A DNA stretch of 49,265 bases, the filler included, from Bipalium vagum (lineage: Eukaryota): assembly GCA_037834085.1 (NCBI GenBank). It is 3 parts of 3 records of this genome, joined end to end, with 100 filler letters (N's around TTAATTAATTAA, not from the genome) between each part and the next. Parts side by side here need not be neighbours in the genome. Positions count along the whole stretch, not along the records: positions 33,538 to 49,265 come from JBBMKC010149176.1; 2 more parts are not named here. One strand, given 5' to 3'. The number at the start of each line of letters is the position of its first letter. The stretch's first letter is position 1. A program made the translations under genes and the position numbers. This document shows, one piece after another, positions 38,711-49,265 of the stretch. The notes under the pieces are model-generated. The model ran no database searches. It saw only the letters and a program-made list of their open reading frames with translations, and was not told the DNA's origin.

Positions 38711-38839
38711 CTTTTTTCACTATCAATAACAAATACTTAATTGATTGTAAAAGTGCTCTCTACAGTATTATTGCTCAATTTGAACTCATACAGTACCATT
38801 GACGTGAATTCTACAAATAATATAAATTAGAACTAATAA

Positions 38840-40994
38840 TAATGAGTTCGCTTAATACGATATCGCTTAGAACGATAAGGCGGAACAATAATAACTTGAC
38901 CTGTTTTCTTACATGTACATTTAACCTAAAAAATATGTTAATCCGATATCGCTTAATACGTTAAATCGTCTTTTACAAATTAAATTTAGATTTTTTTAAA
39001 ATATTCTTTAATACAATATATGATACATATTATATGTATTAAAATAGAAATTCCAAACTTAAACAATAAATACAAAAATAACTTAGATTAAAAGAAATGG
39101 CTTATGTATGAAAAATACAACCTACATCGTTTTACAGTTGCAGCGATCAAATATTCTATTTTTATGATAAAGAAACAATAAAGAGACGCCGAAATTGTAG
39201 GACAGCTAAACAGTTCACGTGATTTAAAGAGCGGCGAAAGAAAAATCAAATTATTATTATGCATCATGGCTTGAATGGTAGAGAAAACGACAAAATATTT
39301 ACTTCAAGCACATTTTAGGTGAACAATCAAGTGCTGATGCTCATACTGCTGATTTCTGTATTGCAAAAGTCTTGCAAAATTTTATTTCAGAGTACGATCT
39401 AAGAGATATACAACACAGAAAAACAGCATTTTTATAAACCTGTATCTAATGGAACACCACTTTGTCAAACTATTAGGTTATAAAGAAATAAATGATTGTT
39501 TTTAAAATTTAACTTCAAATGAACAAACCACAGCTTGAACAAAGTTTAATTTATTAAAATAGAAATCATTGCACTGTATACATTTCTTCTAACGCGTCAA
39601 CTTATCCAGATTCAATAAAATATATGGAGTTCTCGATGTTACAAAATCTTCAAAAACTTTAATGACAGCATTATCATTGGCTAAGGCTGCCGTGCTGAAG
39701 AACCTGTCCAAATGTTTGAAGAAATAATAAACAGCTGGTGAGAGATCTGGTGAGTAGATTGGGTGAGACAGAATTTCAATATCAAGCTGGTACAATTTTT
39801 GTACGGAAGATTGCGCCACGTGCTGTCTGATGTTATTATGATGAAGCAGCAGGCCTTTTCTATGACTAAAGCTTGGTAGATGCACTTCAGTTTTTGATAC
39901 ATTTCTTCGATTTCCACACATTATTTTTTGGCGGTAATTGTTTGACCACATTTCAAGAAATTATAATAGATTAAATCAGTGGAACACCATCAAACAGTTA
40001 TCAAAACCTTCCATTAGTGCAAATTCGACTTAGGAAAAGCTTTAAGAGATTCATGTTCATCTAACCACTGCTGAGAAAGTTGGCAGTGGTTGCTCATGAT
40101 CCATTTCTCATCACATCCCATAATGCGATCGAGAAAATATTTCATTTGATTGCGCAAAAGAAGTGCTGGCACCACCTCCTATCTCTCGCAGATGGTTGGA
40201 AACACTCATAGCTGAAACACCTAGTACACAGCTAAGTTCTAGAAAAGTTTTTCGCGGATCAGTTTCAATCAGTGTTTTCAAATCGTCGTTGGAGATGAAT
40301 GATTTTCGTCCACGACCATTTTTATCTTGAATATCTTTAAATCTTTGAAACCAGCGTTCAGCGCTACATTCACTAGTTGTACGTTCTCCAAATATGCGGT
40401 TTGTGCAGCATTTTCAGCCAGGCGCTTCCCTTTAAGAAACACACTTGGTCTTTAGTTAAGCTTGATTTAACTGCGAATGTCACTTTTTTCCTAAAGATAT
40501 AGAAATGGTTTTAGATATTACTTGGCTAAAATAATATTGATGAAATCATGAAACGGGAAGATTTTGATATTTGTTGTGAATGTGATAAAGAAGAAATCAC
40601 TACCTCAATAATAAGACATGGATATCTGTAATAACATTATGAAAAGAAGTGACGAAGATGATTCCATTACTGAAACTGATAGTTTAACTGACGAAGTTGA
40701 ACAGCATTTCAGCACTAAAGTTGCGTTATCTTGTCATTTGTATTTGCAAATACCTTCCAAAAAACAATCTTATTGCTGAAATTAAATTAACTTATGTAAA
40801 GTTATCTATAACGGACTTCTTTAAACAAAGTAAATTTTATGAATGTTTAATTAATATATATTGTAGAATCAATTCTCTTTTTTTTTAAATCAATCCTGCA
40901 AATTTGTATTAAGTAAGCTTTTAATTCGTTATATCGGTCAATACTATAATTTTCCAATGTGTCTTGGTAATATCATATTAAGTGAAGTCCACTG
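38840..40994 (+). mobile_element. pogo/Tigger-like DNA transposon remnant interrupted by a mariner
   Basis: Similar termini (GAGTTCGCTTAATACGATA left; TATCATATTAAGTGAAGTCCACTG-TA right) and repeated CGATATCGCTTA subterminal motifs. Coding remnants ILGEQSSADA...EYDLRDI, an acidic tail, and C-terminal PIP-like KLSITDFFK. Confidence 0.7.
39473..40470 (-). mobile_element. Mariner (cecropia/Hsmar1-like) nested in the pogo remnant
   Basis: ORF 39589..39951 LLLHHNNIRQH...HPIYSPDLSPAVYYFFKHLD; upstream IMGCDEKWIM, TV.WCS; 3' TIR TA-TTAGGTT at 39471. Confidence 0.9.
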
Positions 40995-41868
40995 TAGTAA
41001 TGTAAAACCTACAGAAATGTTTAATAATTCCTTAGCTTTCAAATTATACAAATGTATTCAAACAAATGTTTTTAATAAATCTATTGTCGAGTTTGAACAT
41101 AAAAAACGCAATTATTTTCTTACCAAACTAATATTTTAGTGAAATGATAAAAATCACAAAAAAATTATACTTGTTAGTTTAAATTTTTTAAAAGAAACAA
41201 TTAATTTTTTTAATACGAATCATCATGCAATTTATCTTGATTCACTAAATTTTAAACGACTAAAATTTCACTTTTAGACACATTATTTTTAAATTTTCAT
41301 TCATTTTGTATTTTTATTAATTTCTAAAACGTGTATGTATTAATTTCGTCTTTTCCAAAAGCTATTCAGTGATTGGTTGATAAAAGCTAAGAAGGAAGAA
41401 TATTTTATAAGCTAAACTGATGTGTGCGAAAAATAGATGATGTATGGTTGAATATATCTAATTCTTAATCGCATTTACATATCATATTTAGGCAGGTCGG
41501 TGTGCTTGAGGATCCTTAGAAAAAGTAACCTGTAGATTTTCAGCCTTTTTGATCAAACCAACACTGAATATTATCGCATACTCATTTTAAAAGAAATTTT
41601 TATTCCACCAATGGTATAGAACTGAAAAATTCAGTGCATATTAATATTTTACAGAAAATGTGGACGCTTTTAATGGTTTATATTAATGGATTTATTATTT
41701 TATCACTGTCTATTTGATCTAGATACCATTAAATGCGAAACTATTATTATAGTCTTTGTGAGCCTCTGACATGTAAAGAAGCTTGTGTTCAATAACAGAT
41801 TTTAAATAATAAGAATCATAAATCTCAATAAAGAAGATACAAGTTTATTCTTTGACTTTGAAGCAACA

Positions 41869-44800
41869 ATGCCAACAACCTGTGGTTTTCCTAATTGTAA
41901 ATTTCGTTCTCGTTATAGGGGTTCTGATGATGTCAGGCATTTTTATCGAGTTCCTAAAAAACCCTCTAATTTAAGAAAAAGATGGCTTGAGGCAATTGGG
42001 AGAACTGAAGAGACGATTGTTAGCCAGGTATATTTCAAAAATGTTCATAAAAATAATTACATCAAATGTTTATTTAGCTAAGAGTTTGCAGCGGACATTT
42101 TGAAGGTGGAGAAAAAAAGGAGGGCGATGTCCCAGTTTCTGATCCATCTATTGATAAACCATTAAAAGTAAATATACCTCCAAAAATACCAAGATCTTCA
42201 TATCGAGATCGCAAGAAAAGAGAAAAACTAATAAAATTAAATTTAAATATATTAAGAAATTCAAAATCCAGTACGGAAAAGTATAAAGTCAAGCAACCAT
42301 TTCAAAAACTTCTTTCTAATGAAGTTAATCTTGATTCAATTTTATCAGTAGAAAAGGACAATCATTTTGCTAATTTTATGCAAAAACCATTAATTCCATT
42401 GTTAACTTGTTCTTCCAGTATTGGCAATGAGTTATCAACTTTACCCTATATATTGAAAAACATGACAAATGAGAAACTCATATTTCTAATGAGTTCAATA
42501 TTTAACACTAATAGAAGTGAGAATACGTAACTAAAAATTTTTCTAAAAATCAATTATGTTTTCAAATTATTAATCAAAAAATATTTTAATTTTATATGTT
42601 AAATATTATACTTTATTATTAATTTAATTATATAATTATACTTTATAATTTAATTAATTAATTAATATTAATTTTTGTATTAAGAATAAACTACAAAATT
42701 AATCTGTTTTAAACATTTATTTATTTTTCTATTGGTACTAAAAAAACACCAATGAGAAAATTATTGTAATAATAATTAACTGCGAAAAGTAATTATTGTT
42801 ATGAAGAAATTTAATTTATATATTAATCTTCAAATATTGCACGTTTATTAATTTTAATTTTTGTAATACTTCAATTTTTATATTATAATTTTTAATTTTT
42901 TTCTTTACTAATTACGATTTTTTCAGATAATAATACATTTCTTATGAATTATCCAATATCAGACTTAAGATCCCAAAATATAATTATCATTGATGATTTA
43001 CCCATTAGTTGGGCTTTTGCTGAAGGAATAATAAAACCGAAGTTTTTTCCTACTATCGAAGACGCAATTTTCAAGAGTAAAGTATGGTTTGTTATTCAAA
43101 CTACTTTGTTTGAATTAACTATGATTATAAAAGGATTTGCCTGAAGTGGAAACTTTAGTTATTTGGGATAACTGTGATTTGGTAAAAGAATCTTTAATGT
43201 ACATGAAAAAGTTAAAACAAATTTTTAAAATTGGCTGTGGAAAAAGCAATATTGATATGAAAATTCTCAAGCAAAGAGGTATTTATTTTATTTTATATTT
43301 AACATCAAAGATTTTTAATTTTGAAAAGAATAAAATACATTAAAAAATTAAATCATCAGACCATGTGATTTTCACCTTTTTTGATTTATCTAATTATTAA
43401 CTTCTGAAATATACATTTTTTAATTTCAATAATTAATTTGTATAAAGTTTAATTTAATTTTTCATTCTTATGATTAACATTATTTTTAGAAATAAAATTA
43501 CATTCTATTTTGTCTCACAGTATTGATGAGGTAGCTGACAACGTTTTACTTATCATACTTAATTATTATCGGAATGGAATAGATAATATGAAATCAATAT
43601 ATATATATGGTGACAACTTTAAAAATGATAAAACAGTTAACATTGCTTGTCACAATATTAGGCAAATAAAATCAAACAACTTTGGAATTATTGGAGGAGG
43701 TATTAATTTCATTTTGCAAAAAATAATTAAAATTTCTAGGATCACTTTCATTAGCAATAGCTAACCGAGCCAAAGTTTTTGGTTTCAACGTAATGATTTT
43801 TGATGATACAAAATGTGATGAATATAAATGGAATATGGGATTTGAAACTGTAAAGACCATTGAACATATTCTCCAATTTAGCGACTGCATAGTTTTAAAT
43901 TCCTCGATTAACTCCTCACGAGATTTTACAGATCAAATTCTGATGAATTTAAGGCCAGGTAAATTAATGGAATTCTTTTTCGAAATTATTTATCTTCCCT
44001 AGGTAGCTTTATAGTGGATTTGCAGTATAATTGTAATGAAAGAAATCTCTCAATATTATCACCTTTTCTGAATTCAAAGCACATAGTTGGATATGTTCAG
44101 AACTATGATTGTAAATGTTAGAAATTATAAATTTATAAATATAATTTTGATTGAACAAAATTTTTTTATTTTTTCATATAATTTAGTGTTAACATAATAA
44201 TGAAATGCTTTTTTAAAATACTTTTAAAGATAGTTAATTTTATTGACAATCAAGTCTTTAAAAAAATTCATATCCTTGATATATTTCGTGACCTAAAATT
44301 TGGTTAGTGCATCATAATTTCCTAACTAAGTTCTCCCATATTTTACTGAGTCATAAGAGTTGTATGTGGTCGTGAGTTGTTCTGGTGGAATACAACGCCT
44401 ATTCTGTTGCCCAATTCTGGTTGGATTTTTTGAATCCATTCATGTAACCTTGTTAATTGCGCACAATAGAATGCGCAATCATTTGTTTGATCAGGTTCTA
44501 GTAGCTCAGAATGCACGATTCCTTTTCAATCCTATCATACGGACATCATTAACTTTCTTAAAGTTAATCTTGGCTTTGTAGTCGATTGTAGAGTTTTTTC
44601 GCTTTTTGACCAGGATCTTTTCCTAACATGATTGTCATATCTTATGCATTTTTCATCACCGGTTATCAATAGTTTAAGAAATGGTTCCATTTCATGACGT
44701 TTCAATACCTTTTCACAGACGGAAATTCTGTCACTTATTTTCTGATAAATTATGAGGCACCAAAATAATGAGCTTCTTTTTGTATCCTAGCTTTTACAAA

Positions 44801-47800
44801 TGCTTTAATACAATATGCTGACAAATGCCAAGAAATTCTGCAATGTGATAAATGCATATATGACGATCTTTTTCGGTTATTTTCTTGATTTCGATGTCCT
44901 TATCCGCTAGCGGTCTACTAGAACCATTTGCATCTGTCACATTAAAGTTACCACTGCGAAACCGACCAAACCACTCATGGGCTGCGGTCTTTGATACAGT
45001 ATTAGCTCCAGAGACATCACATATCTTTTTGGTGACTTTGGTGACAATTTTCTCCTTTCTGGAAATAAAATTTAAGAATGTGACTAATTTCTTCCTTTTT
45101 TTGAATTTTTGCGCCATTTATTTAGTTTATTAAAACAATTGATATTAAGGATTTTTTTCGCATAATTAAAATTAGGTAGTTGATTTTATATTAGAATTAA
45201 AAATTTAGAACTTACAGATCGCTTGAAATTCAACTTAAAACATTTCATGATGAATAGGCGAGAATTTCTTAGGTTACCCAATATTTAAGAATTTTGAAAA
45301 TCTTAAATAACATTCTTTATTTTTCATATTAATCATAAAAAAAAAAGTTAATCATAAAAATGAAATATTTTAGTCATTTAAAATTCTACATATTATTATA
45401 TACAGTGGTGGACAATGAAAAATACGCACTTGTTTAAATACATTTTTGAAATAAACAAACTAACTTCTTATATCACTAGCAATGTTATACACAGTCAACA
45501 CGTTCAATCATGGACTTAGTCAAAATAAGCTGATATTGTGTACTGCTTATTAAGTCGTTGACAACATTTAGCAATTTTATTTCTAGAAATCTTTAAATAA
45601 AACGAAATTTCCTTTTACCTCCATTGACCATTTAATTTTCCAGGCATAAAATCTGATAAATCTGCATGCGTTTCAAGTTTGCGCTAGAATCTATTTCAAA
45701 TAAATATTTGTTAAAACAAAATTAGAAAATGTCTGTTTCTACTTTATTATTTGCATTTTCACTTTAGTTAAATAGTTGAAACGAATAAATAAGGAATAAT
45801 TTTGCAAAAAAACTACGAATTTTAAAGGTATACTTTTCATTGTCCATGACTGTATAGCCTAATTTACTGAAAAATCTTATCAACTTTCATTCTAAAATGA
45901 ATATCAGATATTTTTATTAATAATTTTGTTAAGATCCTAAAAGGGTGTGGATATATATCTATATCTACGTCTTAACAGCAAAGGTTGCTTTAAATTGAAA
46001 TTACTGAAAAAACAATTTGGGTTTTAAATTGTTTTTTTTATAAAATAATAGATTTTTTACAAAGTGTGAATATCGTCCTTGATTGATTTTATTATTAAGG
46101 GTTATTATTTATGAAAAATCTTATCGCTCTTAGGTTCAGAGGTCCTCAATAAAGAAAAAAAATATTTCACAGCCCTACTTAGCATGTGAAATAAGAACAG
46201 TAAAAAGAAAAAGTTAGAGAAAATGGAAAAATAAAAAGATAATTGATCCTCAGGTGCTGGCCTGAGTATTTACTTATTTATAACAAACTTTGTTCTCTAA
46301 CAAAACAAGTTTGCTTAATAAGGTTTTAATATAATTATGATAGCAATAAATGAATATTATTATTATAAAATTCAGCAGAGTTATTTTAAAGGTATTTATT
46401 TATTTTATTTTATATATATATTTATTTAATATAATATTTATTTATTTATTATAAAAGAATTTATTTATTTTATTTTATATATTTTTTATTATCGAATCGA
46501 TTTTATTCAAGAAAGGAGTTAGACTTTGTTATAACTAGTATAACAAGCTAACAACTGTTTATTTAAATTGAATGAAAAATGTCAATAAATATGATAAAGC
46601 TTTTATTCTTATTATTAGTAAATAATAAATAAATAATTTGGCATAGAATATTGATTTTTTTGTTTCGAGTGAAATGTCTCTTCCGTTATATCGGTTGGAT
46701 TGTTCTTTTTTCAAAAGTTGATCGTACTGACGATTTGGTTGTGATTACGTTTTATATTACAATCGTTGCGTTGGATTCGTATGTTAATGGTATTGAAGCT
46801 CTGATTAACTGTTGAAGCTCTGGTTAGCTATTGAAGCTCTAGTTAACTATTTAAGCTTAAGTTATCTATAGGCTGTTTACTTCTGCTAGTTTGAAAATTG
46901 CACGTGTGCACTGGATCTCAGTTTGATTTTGTTTTCTAAACTATAACTTCTGTTTCATTAACTTGCTTTCTGAAATTTTTGTTTTTAGTTTAGTCTACAT
47001 TTTTTGTAGTCCTTTTTAAATCTTCAACTTTCCTTTTTATACTAATAACTCTCCATGATTCTGTCAAAATAGTAATCTCCTTTCTTTATATTTTTTTCTA
47101 TTTATGGATTTATTTATTTTATTTCCTATATTATTTAATTTTTTGCTAATATGTTATTTTTGGGTAATTTCCACTTGCCTTTCTATAGATTTTTAACAAA
47201 TATACAATATTTTACTTGTTTATTATTATTTTATTTATATTAATTAATTAATTTATCTATCAGGACAATTTACAGGTAATTATAAAATTTATTAATACTA
47301 CAAATAAAAAACATTTTATACAAATAAAAGATATTCTTTCTCAATGTACAGATATTGTCACAAAATATCAGTCATTGATTCTTTTTTGCTAACTTGGAAA
47401 CTGGAATAGATTGAGTCTTTGATTGAGATTGATTTGTTGTTGGTTGAGGGGTTGGTGTTGTTAATTGAGAGAGTCTCCACAATTTATTTTGAAAAATGAT
47501 GTTGTGGAAAGTCTAATTTTGATTTCTTAATATTTTTCTTCATAATTAGTTTCCATCGTTTTGTAATAGATTGATTTTTAATATAAATTTTAATTATTTG
47601 TCAACGAAAAAAATCTATGCCATATTTTTGTGTTCCTGTTAAAAATTTATTATCAATTATCTCTATAATTTGATTAACTTTGCATTTTAGACGGAAATGA
47701 AAAATTAGGTACCGACAGAAGTTCTTTTGAAAGTAATGTAACATACTGCACTATATTTATGTTTTTAAACATTCATTTTTTTAAAAATTTAATTCTATTT

Positions 47801-48888
47801 AATATATATTTAAAAATTTGAAAATTATTGCGGAATATTCGAAAAAAAATCCTCTTTTAAATAAAAAAATAATCATTTAAACAATTTGAAATATTCTATA
47901 AGAAACTGTAGATTTTTATAAAATGATTTTTAAAATATCCAATAACGTCGGTTTTATTAAAATAGACTAGTTTAACTTTTTTGACATTCTTACATTTATG
48001 TTTAGTCAACTTTCATTCTAACATAATCAGATTTATGTTATGTTAATGTTTTATCGTTTTGAAAAAAAATACCTTTTATTTATTTTTCAACTTTATCCAC
48101 AATGATAAAAAAATCTAAGGTTTCAAATATTTTAGAATTAATAAACAATTGTTAGACACTTGTCCCATGTAATTGGCCTAAATATTTTAAAATAAAAAAT
48201 AAATAAAAATATTATGGCACATTTAATAAAATATAATATCATGCTATACAGCAACATTTTCCAAAGGAAGAAATTAATTTATCAAATATAATATGTACTA
48301 ATCGAAATAATCTTGATTGAAAAATGTCATGAACAAGGAAACACCATCTAAATGATATTTGAGGTAAATATTCGACAAAGTTTGTCAAATACCATCCATG
48401 GGCTTATTGATTCTTTTAATTATCTCTCGGATGACAATTAACACATACGGCAAGATAGGTCGTGTTGTTTTGTCATTTCCACATCCGGATAATCTGTAGT
48501 CTTAAGATATGAATATTGATATAATTGACTTTGTACATTCAATTTTCAATCAAATTTCTTTAATAATGCTCTTATATATTTTTTAAAAAAAGGTTCATCG
48601 CAAGTTGAATCTTTATAATTTTTTTTTCCAAAACAACACACATAAGATATGTAATGTATTTAAATTCATAAATAAATCTTGATTATTTATTAAGCCGGAA
48701 GCATGAATTTTGAATTTGTGAATTACTTGTTAGTGCCTCTAACACAAACTCTGAGTAACACTTGCTTACAAAAGTTAAGAAAATCAACAATACTGGAAGT
48801 GCAACGATATCTGAAACTTGAGTTCAACAACAATAAAATTAATAATGAAGACAAATCTGTGGAAACAAGTAAGAAAGACATTTTTTAA
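41869..48888 (+). CDS. ctbp-1: THAP-domain / C-terminal binding protein (CtBP) fusion, 8 exons, 542 aa; dehydrogenase domain degenerate
   Basis: Exons 41869-42027, 42078-42516, 42927-43081, 43134-43278, 43490-43699, 43740-43958, 44003-44110, 48695-48888. All introns are GT..AG and phase-compatible; total 1629 nt. N-terminus MPTTCGFPNCKFRSRYRGSDDVRHFYRVPKKP...RWLEAIGRTEETIVSQ|LRVCSGHFEGGEKKEGDVP is a C2CH THAP finger closely resembling C. elegans CTBP-1a. Later exons match the CtBP/D-2-hydroxyacid dehydrogenase fold (KIGCGKSNIDMK, IDEVADNVLLIILNYYR, FGIIGGG..RAKVFGFNVMIFD, SDCIVLN, LRPGSFIV, NYLLVPLTQTLS...LR...EVQR). The last exon is assigned by gapless similarity to CtBP [31 protein letters not shown] and by phase match. 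Confidence 0.9.
44255..45281 (-). mobile_element. Mariner remnant within intron 7 of the THAP-CtBP gene
   Basis: ORF 44794..45117 VSKTAAHEWFGRFRSGNFNVTD; LITGDEK; FHQNNSRPH; 5' TIR end ...GGTTACCCAA-TA. Confidence 0.88.
45403..45852. mobile_element. Tc1-type MITE (450 bp) in intron 7 of THAP-CtBP
   Basis: TIRs CAGTGGTGGACAATGAAAAATAC / GTATACTTTTCATTGTCCATGACTG, flanked by TA on both sides; no coding remnant recognised. Confidence 0.82.
46791..46866 (+). repeat. 19-bp minisatellite, 4 copies (TATTGAAGCTCTGGTTAAC consensus)
   Basis: tattgaagctctgattaac / tgttgaagctctggttagc / tattgaagctctagttaac / tatttaagcttaagttatc. Confidence 0.85.
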
Positions 48889-49265
48889 ATATAATTCAAG
48901 AATTAATAAATTATTTAAAGTTTTAATTTCTGTTTTCTTCATAACTTAATTTAAATATATTTAAAAATACAAAAAGATAATACTTCAAATATTTAATAAT
49001 AATCTAACTATCTATGGCAATTATTTACTTTCAAAATAACACAGTATTTATGAACATATATTTGGAAATTATACTCAAAGAACTTATTAATTATTATAAT
49101 TCTTTCACTTTATTATTATTAACAAAATATAAATAATTATTTATATTTATTTTTTAAATAGACGCATTTCAATAGTTTTGAACAAAAGTTTTCCAAACAT
49201 TTATTATCAAGAAACATGTTTCGAACTATTATCAGTTCATCATCAGTCATTAAAACAACATACTT

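Noticed and set aside
46791-46866. Repeat array as possible CRISPR
   Set aside because: Head-to-tail 19-mers with no spacers, eukaryotic context, no cas genes.
47400-48620. Possible LINE remnants (GIDFFVDK; DLSCRMC) on the minus strand
   Set aside because: Isolated weak motifs, insufficient to assign a family or boundaries.

Overview
Very AT-rich eukaryotic (metazoan, probably nematode) genomic DNA made of three contigs joined by artificial 100-bp spacers (44 N + TTAATTAATTAA + 44 N, at 16864-16963 and 33438-33537), so adjacency across the gaps is unreliable. One complete 8-exon gene can be built by hand: a THAP-zinc-finger/CtBP fusion (ctbp-1-like, 41869-48888, +, 542 aa). Its THAP domain is highly conserved, but its dehydrogenase domain has lost the catalytic Arg/Glu/His triad and part of the NAD-binding motif. 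There are two partial genes: the first coding exon of an MFSD4-like MFS transporter (-), and two exons of a probable P-loop/dynamin-N-type protein cut by a gap (-). Most of the rest is decayed transposons: a Gypsy pol, a MULE-like remnant, many mariner/Tc1/maT/rosa/pogo fragments and MITEs. These include a three-level nest in which a NeSL/R2-type RLE non-LTR retrotransposon splits a Tc1 transposase and is itself interrupted by an Hsmar1-like mini-mariner. No rRNA, tRNA or CRISPR was seen. All family assignments come from manual translation and remembered motifs, not database searches.
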